A stretch of 63,728 bases of DNA, counting the filler, from Octopus bimaculoides (Eukaryota): the NCBI RefSeq assembly GCF_001194135.2. It is 7 parts of 6 records of this genome, joined end to end, with 100 filler letters (N's around TTAATTAATTAA, not from the genome) between each part and the next. Parts side by side here need not be neighbours in the genome. Positions count along the whole stretch, not along the records: positions 22,419 to 28,295 come from NC_068987.1; positions 28,396 to 43,268 come from NC_068985.1; 5 more parts are not named here. The stretch is one strand, 5' to 3'. Each line of letters starts with the position of its first letter. Positions within the stretch are counted from its first letter, which is position 1. The translations under genes and the position numbers were made by a program. Below are positions 28,064 through 40,079 of this stretch, piece by piece. The notes under the pieces were generated by a model, which ran no database searches, had not been told where the DNA came from, and saw nothing but the letters and a program-made list of their open reading frames with translations.

Positions 28064-28295
28064 TCATCATCATCATCATCATCGTTTAACGTCCGCTTTC
28101 CATGCTAGCATGGGTTGGACGATTTGACTGAGGACTGGTGAAACCGGATGGCAACACCAGGCTCCAGTCTGATTTGGCAGAGTTTCTACAGCTGGATGCC
28201 CTTCCTAACGCCAACCACTCAGAGAGTGTAGTGGGTGCTTTTACGTGTCACCCGCACGAAAACGGCCACACTCGAAATGGTGTCTTTTATGTGCC
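28064..28295 (+). repeat. Young family D repeat, near-identical to 54941-55173; both end at a linker
   Basis: I see one mismatch over about 230 bp; another, more diverged copy is at 43538-43880. Confidence 0.9.
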
Positions 28296-28395
28296 NNNNN
28301 NNNNNNNNNNNNNNNNNNNNNNNNNNNNNNNNNNNNNNNTTAATTAATTAANNNNNNNNNNNNNNNNNNNNNNNNNNNNNNNNNNNNNNNNNNNN

Positions 28396-28975
28396 AGAAG
28401 AACATCGCAAAGCTGTGACACGAGGAGATATTGATAAATCGGGTATAGCTGATCATGTATGGAAAAATGGAAACCACCTCCCCCTGTGGGATGAAGTTAA
28501 AATAATAGACAGGGAACAACACTGGAAAATACGAAAACTAAAAGAAGCAGCACATATGCTAGGACACAACAACCTCCTAAGCAGACCGAGTGCAGATATG
28601 AATAGCATATGGGAACCGGTATTGAGGAAGGATAGAAAAATAATAGATTTATAAGCCTTAAAATTCACCCCATAATTGCCCACGGGCATATGGCGTAGTG
28701 GTTAAGAGCGCGGGCTACTAACCCCAAGGTTCCGAGTTCGATTCACGGCAACGACCTGAATAATAATAAAAATATAATGATAATTATAATAATATAATAA
28801 TAATAATAGTAACATCGATAGGAATGAGAACCCAGGTTCGAAAATTCCCCAAGACACCTGACGAAGGCTGGAGGGTATATCAGCCGAAACGTTGTGTTAA
28901 CAACAAACAAGATGAGGACGAATATCCGTCAAATGTAAATAATGTAAGTAATTCCTCATTTCTTAAATATAGAAC
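28396..28975 (+). mobile_element. Penelope/Poseidon-like 3' end: GIY-YIG C-terminus, tRNA-like cassette, pLTR with hammerhead
   Basis: EEHRKAVTRGDIDKSGIADHVW..WDEVKIIDRE..RKLKEAAH..LSRPS* ends at 28654; A/B-box cassette at 28684-28757. Confidence 0.8.
28855..28896 (+). ncRNA. Minimal type I hammerhead ribozyme motif
   Basis: CAC-CTGACGA-A-GGCTG-gagggtatat-CAGCC-GAAAC-GTT-GTG: 3-bp stem I, 5-bp stem II, palindromic AACGTT stem III, GUU cleavage triplet. Confidence 0.8.
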
Positions 28976-28977
28976 TA

Positions 28978-29545
28978 TATGTTGTGGTGTTTTCGTTGTG
29001 TAGAGCACTGCTGTAAAATAAGTGTGTAGGATTGAAATATATTCCTCATGTGTCCATTTATGCTTTTTTGATTTTATTTGCAGGACATGAAGAATAACGT
29101 CTTGCCTTTTATTTTGACGGTCATCATTTTCGTAGGGTACCGGTCCGTTCATTTCAGGTGTTAAATTGTTTTGCACGTGTAGTTTTTCGTACTTTTTGTG
29201 TAACAAGTTTAAAGTACGTACTTCCCGATTGTTAATCTTGGGTTGAATAATACCGGTATTATTTAATTTATTTAAATTTTTTTTGTACATGGTATTTGGG
29301 GACGGAGATGGTCTGGTGTTGATTGGATCGTAACGTGGCGAGCGTGTTTATATGTGCTGTGCGAGAAGTGGAGATGATATACCGTTAGAATACATCATTT
29401 CATTTGGAAAATAGAAATAAATGTCAATAAGTATTTCTTACTCGGATATAGTCCAACGCTTTGTCAACTATTTTTGGTTCCATATGATGTCTTTATTCTC
29501 GATGTTTTTGGATAGATTTCTGAGCAGTGTTTTATCGCTCTCACA
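28978..29545 (-). mobile_element. Probable N-terminal ORF fragment of an R4/Dong-like LINE
   Basis: KHKWTHEEYISILHTYFTA resembles the KWTxEE N-terminal motif; abuts a (TAA)n tract. Confidence 0.5.
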
Positions 29546-29552
29546 TGTTATA

Positions 29553-29592
<40 letters not shown>

Positions 29593-29661
29593 GAGTGAGA
29601 GAACAGCGCGTGCCATCAAAATGACACTGGGGTACAAATATACGAAGCCCAATATACCCAT

Positions 29662-30159
29662 TGTAGTGACCTCTGGCAGTCAAGCAGGAAAGCAAAAACG
29701 AAAAAGGGATCTAACGAGAGTAATCTCCCTCGACCTTCTCGGACATTCTCGGATATTCTAAAAGCTTTCAATTAACTTCCGGATGACATAGATGTCAGAG
29801 ACTTCCGGTTCATCCCTTATATAAAGCGAACGCAATTCTAATTTCGTGCCTTTCACCTGTCAGTTTCTAGGCGTACGCATTGAGCCACGTCACTCACACA
29901 CACATGCACGCGCGCATATTCGCCACATTTGGTTTGAGACATGTAGTTGTAAAGTATGTTCATGTAATATGTTACAAGCCTTTTTTCTTTCGAACCATTC
30001 TTATATGTTAACGCATTAGATCCGATAATAAATATGTTATGACTTATGAACGTCTCACAAGTTCTTATTTTTCTTGTCGTTTTACGTACAAGATGGTGAC
30101 CCCCTCTTTCTCGCATGCAATTGTAAAATTGTAGGTTGTCGCATACTGGCATCACTACA
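29662..30159. mobile_element. 498-bp solo LTR with 4-bp TSD, nested in an (AAT)-tailed repeat (about 29543-30600, -)
   Basis: TGTAGTGA...TCACTACA termini; CCAT duplicated at 29658-29661 and 30160-30163; TATATAAA and AATAAA inside. Confidence 0.85.
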
Positions 30160-30659
30160 CCATCATGACTACCCGTCTCATAAGGGTACACCAGGCACAT
30201 GCATCAAAACCATATGTGTGCGATATGATGATTTTATATCAAGATAAACAGAGGATGACCTTGCAGGTGGTGCCTTGTTTGAATGTGCTTCTAGTTGAGT
30301 AGCCCATGCTGAATAAGGGATGTTTAAGGATGGTGAACGAAACACCCATGTTTCCAGTGGTGAATTATTCAAACCCCAAAGAATTTCTCTCAAATGGCTA
30401 TGATGCTCCCCAACTACTTCTGCTCGTGATCAGAGATGCACATATCATCAGTCACTAAGGGGCATGCTCAACTAGAAAAAAAGGTCAAGCAGCTGACAAG
30501 CAAATCTGTGATACTGAGCAGAGTACTTGCTAAGCCCATGTTTATACCAGGACAAAATATGTGCAGGATAACATTTCAAATCATTTAAGATCAGGGTGTT
30601 ATCATTAATGTTGTTGTTGTTGTCATCGTTGCCTGTAGTTGTTATTTACTTTTAATCTG

Positions 30660-32310
30660 CATGATTGTTACAATCACTTGCCGAGACACACCCAGCGTCC
30701 TAGGGCGAGTGAAGTACAAGACATGTTTCAGTAAGACTGAAAGCTTGGGGAGGGGAAGTGACAGAGACAGTAGCGATATATATCTTCATGTAATACAACA
30801 GACATTTAAATTGATAGGGTTTTTCTCAGGATGTAGGCAGTACTTGTAAACACAATCTTTTGGATTTCTCTGCGACATAGTTCTCTTGGGATGTTATCTA
30901 GATGTTTCTGACATCCCTTTTTTTTTTATCATACCTAGGGCACCTACAATAACAGGAACAGTTCTTGCTTTAAAAAGCCACATTTTTTGTATTTCATTTT
31001 CCAGGTCCTTATATTTATTTAATTTGTCAAATTCCTTTACAGATATATTTTTATCAGTGGGAACATTTACATCTAATAGTCTACAAGTATTTTCTTCCCT
31101 GTCTTTGATAATTATGTCTGGCCGATTAATCTGGATCGTTCCGTCGGTGTTGACTAGAAAACCTCAGAGGATAGTGACATTTTTACTTTCACCTTCATCA
31201 TTATTATTATTATTGTTATTTCTCTTTATCACAGGTTTTATTGGAGCTCCTGGAGTCTTGCATGCGTAGCAGGTATACTACCTGCAGCCTACGGTACCAT
31301 GCTATCCGTTCTTTTCAGCTATCTAATACTTACCTGATTATTCTGGTCATGCCAAGGAGGCAAACCTTTTGTAACAGTTCTACTGGGCACTCTATTCCAA
31401 TTTCCTTTATATTCCTCTTGATACCTTCTGATACTATTCCCAAGGAGGCAACAATAATCGGCACTATCTTCATCTTCTTCACTTGCCATAGCAGGGCTAT
31501 TTCGTACTTAAGAGGGCTGTATTTATCTATCTTTTCACCTTCCTTCTTGACTATTCGTGGGTCAAAGGGGCATGCAACATCAACTATATTGCATATGTGG
31601 GGCACCTTGTCCACCACTACTAGGTCTGGTCTGTTACGCTCTAGCATCTGATCTGTTTGGATTGGGAAATCCCAGAGGATTTTGCTCGTCTCCGACTCTG
31701 CAACTCTCTACAGTTTGTGCTCATACCATGTCTTGCCCCTCTCTCACCCCTACTTTTCGCACAGTTTCCAATATGGCCCTTTCGCTAGCTGGTCGTGTCG
31801 CCACAACTGGTAGTGGTTTTGGGCAAGTCTAGGGTTTCGTTCATGATATGGGCAATGGTTTCATCTACTCTATTGCAGATGCAGTACAGCTGACACTTGC
31901 TTATTCTTAAGGTTGGCCCTCCAGTTCGTGGCCAAAGCTTGGTCTTGCACTGCTAGTATAGTGCTCTTGGTCTCTTTTTAGGGTTCCTTTCTTCAGCCAA
32001 TCCCACCTATTTTTTCCAGCAACTTCTGTTGTGGCCACGTGGAATTGATTGTGTAGTCCGTTGTTGCGTAATTCTTCCTCATGTTCTTTTTCTACTTCTT
32101 CCTTTGCTTTCCATTTATCTCTGCTTTCAGTACTCCCTCGTTCCTAACTGTCACTAGCAAAGTTTTCTTACTTTGGACTAAGTATTTCATTAAGCTCTCG
32201 AGTTCGATACGCACGCGGTCTTCCACACTTATCAAATTCCCTTCCTCCATTTTCTCTTTTCATAAATAGTTATGCCGAACTACTGCAACTGGTCAAACAA
32301 CTCTTCTTCT
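30660..32310 (-). mobile_element. Two stacked R4/Dong-like 3' fragments (about 31225-32310 and 30660-31215)
   Basis: RNRPDLVVVDK..IVDVACP..KIDKYSPL..IVPIIVASLG..LLQKVCLLG; second copy NRPDIIIKD..LDVNVP..KYKDL..VPVIVGALG; (TTA)n between them. Confidence 0.85.
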
Positions 32311-32329
32311 GCTGTCTCCCAAGGAACGT

Positions 32330-33440
32330 TCAATCGATGCCAGAGGTCAGTTCCGTGGACCAGCTGGCAACAAGCGCGGATTTAAAAAATGGAGTTTTCA
32401 GACAGCGCTCCTGCTGAAAATAAAAGTCGTCTTCTTCTCCTTCAGCCGCAATATTAGAACTTACCAAAAAAGTTAAAAAGCTGTTCTCTTTGCAATATCC
32501 TTGACGTCGTCGGTACTCCAGTCGTTCACCGTCTCCAAGACGCCGGTCGTTTTCTGTTTCTGCCTTGCCATATTGTTGGTATCATGCCTGTTTCATAAGA
32601 ACGAGCAAAAATGCTTTCCTCCTTGTTTTTCCCTTGTCTGGAAAAGGAAGCCTTGAGCACGGTAGCAGCTTCCTCTTCCCAGGCTCAAAATCGTGCACTT
32701 TTTGTGGAGAACTTTAATTCTCGAAAGTTCTTCATAGTAGACACTGGTGCATCATGCATAATTTGGCCGGTAAAGTTCCTTACAGACAAGCCTCTTCTTT
32801 CAGATGTTACACTTCTCTTCTCCAGCTACGCCAATTTTTAGGAATGATAAACTTCTACTGGCGTTTCATTCCACATTGTGCTAGGTAATTGGCTCCTCTA
32901 ACGCAACTGATGAGCTAGGACAAGTTTCTTTGTTAGCCTATTCAATACAGAATGCTAAGCTGTCATTCTCAGTTGATGCATCCGATTCTGTTGTAGGTGC
33001 CGTTCTACAATAATCCTATTACATCGAGACGCGTCCTTTGACATTCTTATCTCGCCAACTTAAAACTGCTGAAACTCGTTACAGCACCTTTAACAGAGAA
33101 CTTCTAGCTATGTACCTCTTTTCTCACTCTTTAGAGGGTCGTGAATTCACCATTTTCACTGACCACAGGTCACTCACGTTCGCTTTACTATCGAAGACCA
33201 AGTCGAGAAAGTCGACAGTTGGACTTCATATCGCAGTTTACTTGTGATATTTCACATATAGCCGGAATAAATAACTCAATCGCAGATGCTTTATTCAGAC
33301 TTCCTATTTGTTCTCTATCTTCCACTTCAGTGATAGATTTGTCCGCTTTGCTGCTGACCAGCCAGCTTTGACCTCATTGGATACTACATCTGACAAATTT
33401 TCTACTTGTCAATTCAAGTACATACCACTCCCAACTGCTG
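32330..33440 (+). mobile_element. Internally deleted Gypsy gag-pol remnant
   Basis: ICWYH (gag), FIVDTGAS (protease), FLGMINFYWRFIPHCA (RT), VDASD..YSTFNRELLA..FTDHRSL..ADALFR (RNase H). Confidence 0.85.
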
Positions 33441-33664
33441 AGAAGACGATCCTTATAGCTATGGTATTTATAGGTCCCAGGGTGGCTTACAGATACTACA
33501 CTTTGCCCAACAATGACCTGCAGGTAGTTGAAGTTAAGGGTAACCTTCCCAAGTCGTGACGCCACAACCGGATGCTGTTTCATGTCATATCCAGGGCGTG
33601 TTATCATTAGTATTATTATCATTTGCTTGTATTGTTGTTGTTGTTGATGATGGTGGTGGTAGCT

Positions 33665-33897
33665 CTGTTGTAAGCTATTGTTCTCTTTGACTATTTCCTT
33701 TAATCGCAGTGGTTTTGTTGCTCTTCTGTCAGATCGTTTCTGTTGTTTTTGTTTGTCTTCGTTCTTGTATTTGACTGTGTTGGTTGGATGGCCTATGTCG
33801 TTATTGATTTGGAGCACTTTCTATGGCCGTCCAAAATTAAGTGCTAATGTTCATCCTCCTTGACATGCTATTTGGAGGAATCTTCTGTGGAGTGGGG

Positions 33898-33944
<47 letters not shown>

Positions 33945-34425
33945 TGTTTGGCTTTTGCTTTGTATTTGTACAAGTTGGCTCCAAGTTTCATCCAAATACC
34001 CCAAGAGACAACACGTTAGAAGTTCAAATTGATATTATGACTAGGGCGTCATATTTTTGTTTTTGCACAAAATAATGTTCTAAAGAGTGTCTGTCAAAAC
34101 ATAGGAGAATCAAAAGTTTGTTTTAAAAGTAATTTGATTATAAGATGATAGTGTGGTCTTAAGATGATAGTAAAAAGTGCTTGCTATTATGTACATTTAA
34201 GAGTACTTTTGACAATGTTTTGGAATTACATAGATAATATTTTTCGCAGGATATGAGCAGTTCCTGTGAACACTATACTTTTAATTTCTTCCATTTTAGG
34301 ATTTCCTCGTATCTGAGACAGCCCATTTTGCTATTATTGCTAGGGCGCCTATGACAACAGGTATTATTCTAGTCTTGAAGTTCCACATTTTGCCAATTTC
34401 TATTTCAAGATCTTTATATTTGCTT
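33665..34425 (-). mobile_element. R4/Dong-like fragments (3' end 33899-34425 with TAA tail; internal piece 33665-33898)
   Basis: SKYKDLEIEIGKMWNFKTRIIPVVIGAL. Confidence 0.7.
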
Positions 34426-35746
34426 AACGAGAAAAGAACCCAAAATTTTTATAGAGAGCTAGTTGAGGGTATGAGCGATGATGGCCAAGGATTGAATCTA
34501 GAACAGATTGACGAGAACAGTTTGAGTAGTCTCTTGGAGAGGCAAGTCGACTAGTAGCGACTTCTGTCGCTGGACGGAGGGTCCTGTGAAAGTGCTCTGA
34601 GTCTGGTTCGGACCAGATCTCCAGGTAGATAGGAATTGGGAAATTGTCATGACTAGAGTGGCCAAGCTCACCCGGAAATGGGCAGAAGTGAAGCTGTCTC
34701 TGAAAGGCCGGGCGGAAGTAGCGAATGCATATATTGCCTCGGTAGTGTACTACTGCCTAACCGTTGTGTCTTGTCCTAAGAAAACTTTGATCAGGCTGGA
34801 TTAGGCGTAAACCGAGGAAGGGCGCTTGGCACCTCGAGTGTCGTCAAGCGCTCACAGCCCTCCGCCAAGCGGGCTATGCGGTCGGTGGTAGTTCCACTCT
34901 AACATTCTATAGAGGGCTAGTGGAGGGAAAGTGCGACGACGTTCTCGGGGAAACTCTGGGCGTCGATGAAGATCAATTAACCGGTATGTTTCGGAGAACT
35001 TTTGGGCCTGGGCCTATGGATAACTTCCAGAAATCCTTTGCTTGGCATTGCTACCGAGGGGCGCTGCCTGTTCGGGATATACTTTACAGTCACGGAAGTG
35101 CCATCAGTCGGGCCTGCCCGAGGTGCGCCCAGAACGGTGAAACCGTTCTGCATGCCCTAGTCCAATACCCGAGTATTGTTGACCTGCGGGTTAATGTCGA
35201 ACACCTGCTGTCGCGTGTAGGACGAATCCGGCTGTCAGCTGAATCTATTGTGAAGATTTCCCCGCCGACCTCTTTTGGCCGGGAGGGGCAAGCAATTGTT
35301 ATTTGTCTAGTGGCTGTGACGAAAGATGTAGTATGGTGGACCCGTTTGAAAGGGCTAATGACAGACACTTTCTTCTTTGGCCAAGCTCTCATCAACTTTT
35401 TCAAGTTTCACTTGAAAAGGAAATTGAGGGTGGAGAGGGAAGTGTTGTCTTCTAGCAGGTTTGTTGAAAGGTGGGTGTATGTTGGAAGAATGGCCAGTGT
35501 GAAAGGACCAATTCTTAGCGTGCACCTATAAAAAAAGGAATTAAAGGAGTAGGGCTCTTGCCCTGTTGAGCAGGCACCCATGGATTTTGTGGGTTTTTCT
35601 ACGGGGACCTTAAAGTGCCTCCCCTACTGGGAGTTTTAATTTGTTTTCACGCTGTAAAACCCATTGTATCGTCCTGTTTTTGTCTTTTATGTTGTTGATT
35701 GTCATTTAATATTTTTGTATGTGAGCCCTTGTGACTAATAAAAGAA
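34421..35746 (+). mobile_element. Tx1/L1-clade LINE 3' portion (zf-RVT, 3' UTR, AATAAA)
   Basis: FQKSFAWHCYRGALPVRD..CPRC..ETVLHAL; 3' UTR ends AATAAAAGAAT. Confidence 0.8.
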
Positions 35747-35749
35747 TCA

Positions 35750-35796
<47 letters not shown>

Positions 35797-36078
35797 ATTT
35801 TACTTCACAGAGCTCGCGATCGTATTTGCTTCGGTTAATTCTGTTATCAAAGGGTCTCTTTCCACGAATTTCTACATTCGATGACGTAAGAATAACACTC
35901 GGATGAAACACGCAGGAACGCAGGGACAAGTAGAATCTTGTTTTCTTCGTCACAACATATGAATGAGAAAGAAAGGGGTGATAGATGAATAAGGAAGGAA
36001 GGGGTGATGGCGAACTGGTAGTGGGAGGGTTTCAACTCTGTGTGAGTATGTGTGTGTATATAAAAAGGAGGTATGTGA

Positions 36079-36174
<96 letters not shown>

Positions 36175-37529
36175 GTGTGCGCGTGTGCGCGCATGTGCAA
36201 TGGAAGTGGAATGGTGAACATTCAACGCTGAAAAGAAAAATGAAACAGCGTTTCAACTCTGTGTGAATATATGTGTGTATGTGTGTGTGCGTGTACAAGG
36301 GAAATATGTGAATGTTTGTATGTGTAAACTAACGTTCTCTCAGTAACAAACGATGATCGACCTCACATCTCAGAAGACAACCGCTAGATAACATTGACAA
36401 GTGTATTAATTTTATTTACCATCCACATTTATGTATAAAATAAAACAATTAGCCGTTATTTTTGACGGCACAGGGTCAGCTAGTAATAATATAATTATTA
36501 AGACAGCAGAATCGTTAACGCGTCAAACAAAATACTTAGTAGCATTTCTTCCGATTTTACGTTCTGAGTTCAAATTTGGCGAAGTCGACTTTGCCTTTCA
36601 TCCTATCGGGGCCAGTGAAATAAGTGCCAGCTCAGCACGAGAGTCAACTAGCCCTCTTTCCCAAAATTTCAGGCCTTGTACCTGTAGTAGAAATAATTAT
36701 TATTCTTCTCCTAGTCCAAGTCTGACCTGGTACTAAACAACAATAAGAACATATAATGTACTTCAAGATATACTATGTCACAGCAAATAACAGAATGGTC
36801 ACCGCTAGAACATCTTTAGTTACAAGTCTGCTGGATCGAGTCTGATTCGGAGCTAAACAACACCAACTGTTAAATTCATACCTTACGTCACCAGGTGGAA
36901 AGGCAAACTGTTAAACAGCCGAGTTACAGCTTAGTGAATGATTTATTGTAATAATTACAGACAGGGTTCCAAAACTCAACAGAGTCTGTGACTCAAGTTT
37001 AAGCATCTTCACATGCTACTAATGCTGTCGTTATTGTTGTTGTTGTTTAGGCTTGTGTTATTCCGGATTAAGCAAACCAATAATCACAGAATTCTCGTCA
37101 TTCCCTTCCTGTCTTTTATTTAAACATGATCCAACTAGGACTACACTATACTGTATGTTCTAGTTTAAGGCTATGGCGTGTAATTTGAGGAAGATTTAGC
37201 TGCTATTTAGGAACTTCTATTTAGGAACGACTATTTAGGAACTTCATTGTTATAACCACGTGTGTCTTTAGTGTAGGCATGTACATCACAACTTATCGTT
37301 TCAAGAAAATAAAGCTCAGCTCTTATGACTAACGAACAACCGTTTTTTAATATTTCAAATAGATTTTGCTTCCACTTCTTTAAAAATGATTCCACAAGAA
37401 TTAAACCAAAATGATTTTCTTTAATTTTTCTCTCTGTTCATATTTTATCGCTTAAGGATATTTATTTCTTCTTTTTCTTTGGTAAAAAAATAATATACTA
37501 AATTATAAAACTTTATGTTTATTTTATGC

Positions 37530-37564
<35 letters not shown>

Positions 37565-37654
37565 TGTGTGTGTGCGAGTATGTGTGTGTATTATATATAT
37601 GTGTGTGTGATATTTATATGTATGTGTATACACACACGCACACACACACACGCA

Positions 37655-37690
<36 letters not shown>

Positions 37691-37973
37691 TGCACACGTG
37701 TGTGCAATGTATCTCAGTGTTAATTTATGTGTCGACTCTTCAACCGCAATCCAAGCTTCATGTTTTCACACTGACGAAAAACCGTCCAGCACCTATATTA
37801 ATGGGATTAGCTAAACATACAAGATTTCATTTTCAAGTAACTAGACAGATTTATGATATCTATTTGCAAATTGGTTAAAAGATAGTTGTTTCTTCAATAT
37901 ATCTCTTCCCCCTTCATAACTCGTATTTGAAATTTTGGCGAGAAATAAAGAAATGGTGTTACAAATGACTTAC

Positions 37974-38037
37974 CATTGTCGACCAAGAGTACCAGTGGAA
38001 TAACAATAATGACTGTCACTAACCTACCCGCTTCCAT
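37974..38037 (-). CDS. Candidate first coding exon encoding a signal peptide
   Basis: ATG..G|GTAAGT; MEAGRLVTVIIVIPLVLLVDN plus 1 nt (phase 1); lies in a CpG-retaining unique island, about 37950-38290. Confidence 0.5.
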
Positions 38038-38789
38038 TTCCTTCACAAGACGTATAACTAACGTTTACAAGTATTCACGTCGTATTTCTTCTCCGACAAA
38101 AACTAAACGCCGGCCCATTCCTTCTTTAAACATTGATCATCGAACGCCCAGCGTTCTCTCGCTTGAAACCTCGATATTCAACATTATCATAGACAAACAC
38201 ACATTCCAACGTAGTTTTTGTTTTCATCGATATCGCATCGAGTGGATGGAAAGTTGATCTACTCGTTGTTTTATCCGTTTTTAACATTCACCTCTTTTGA
38301 CTGCTTGATCAATGCTTTGGATGATTCAATTAGTTTAGGTAATAAACATTCATAACTGGGTGTTGCACAGAACTCCTGGAAAAGTTATATAAGTCTCAAA
38401 GATTTAATGTACCTAATTGTGAGTATAAATACCATAGAAATGTACAACTCATTGATGTGAATAGGAAGGGTGCATTACAAATGGTAGCTTAATACTGTGC
38501 TTACAACATCGGCTAATGACCGGTGGTGACTTCTTTGGCAAGTGCTCAGTACTAAAGTCAGTTTTGTGTAGTTGTCAGCAGGTGGCATGGAGGATGGTTA
38601 CCCATCCACTGCTTTATAGCATCGAACTTACTACTAACAGAGTCCCCCACACTAACAACTGAGATCTTACATAACGTGACAATTCACAGGGGACTGTAAA
38701 AAGGGCTGACGGTAAATATGACCAAATTATGTAAATTCTATCGTGTAGATAATGTCATGTGACTGACAGGGTGCCCTGCTTGGTCTAGG

Positions 38790-39105
38790 ACAGAGTTGGC
38801 CAACACGAGGCCCGCGGGTCGCATGCGGCCCGCAGACTTTTATCTTGATACTTTCTTGAAGTATAATGTTTAATTTCAAAATAAAATTGTTTGTGTAAAA
38901 CATTTGATTCAAAATAAATTTAAAATTTATAACTGGCAGTAAAGCAATAGCCTACAATTTTATAATTTTAAACAAACGAAAAGTATGAAAAATTCTTGAT
39001 TCAGTAATTTGATTATTTGACTATTAGTGCATAAAGTATACAAGCAGCACTCAAAAAGACTTTCTGTGATTAAAGTGGCCCGCAATATAATTCGAGTTGC
39101 CCAAA
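38790..39105. mobile_element. Degenerate hAT (Charlie-like) MITE
   Basis: CAGAGTTGGCCAAC..GGCCCGCGGGTCGCATGCGGCCC..GTGGCCCGC..AGTTGCCCA. Confidence 0.55.
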
Positions 39106-40079
39106 TATCGGTTTTATGATCTGCCTATGGGATCGACAGTATACACAAGATAACCTACTGATTGAATCCTACAGTCAGGAATTATTCCAGCTTTTATCGT
39201 TGTAATTAGTTAAATAATAATGTCTCTCAATCACTAGTTCGAATTACGGTGGTGTTTAAAGTGACCAAATTAATGCGAACGAAACTGTTTATACAGGCCA
39301 CTCACTTATGTGATGATAGTGTTTAATTTGATTGAAAAGAGACCGACGGAGACTTTGATGATGTAGGTTAGAACATATGCCACAGTTAAAAAAGATGAGT
39401 TGTTCAAATCCAAGAGGTAGCATTTATCCTCCCCTTTCAAAATCATAAGCACACCGGGCAAAATGCTTAGCGGCACTTCGTCCGTCTTTACATTCTGAGT
39501 TCAAATACTGCCGAGGTCGACATTGCCCTTCAACCTATCAGAGTCGATAAAATAAGCACTAGCTGAGTACTGGGGTTGATGTAATCGACTCACCCACCAC
39601 CCCCGAAACTATTGGCCCTGTGCCAAAATTTGAAACCAATATCTTTCACTTCCAATTCCACCATTAAATGATTTATTTACATATTTGTTGACGTTTTTTT
39701 TCATTTTTCTAAATGTAAATAAGTAACAATTCTCTCCAGTCGTGAGATGGGCCAACTTGTCCCCTAGGATTCATGATTTTCGATAAATTCTTTAGGAAAC
39801 CAAGATGGTGGTGACGGTAGTGGTGGCGACTGCGGTGGCGATTACGGTTGCAGTGGCGGTGATAACGGCGGTGGCGGTGGAGGAGGCGGCCGCAGCGGTG
39901 GTGGTTATCTGAGAAGGAATAGGTTATGATGTAAGCGTTGCATATTGAAAGGATTCAGCCACCTCAACTGTGTCAAACATGGTACCCGTTTACTGTCTAG
40001 TGGACTGAATTACCTGTAGTACTGACACCTAGATGTTCCTGTCCTACCTTCTGTAACTCTCATTTACACACACGTTTAA

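Noticed and set aside
28684-28757. tRNA gene (also SINE heads at 11041, 48586, 58262, 61258)
   Set aside because: Acceptor stems do not pair and each runs into a repeat body; tRNA-derived, not functional tRNAs.
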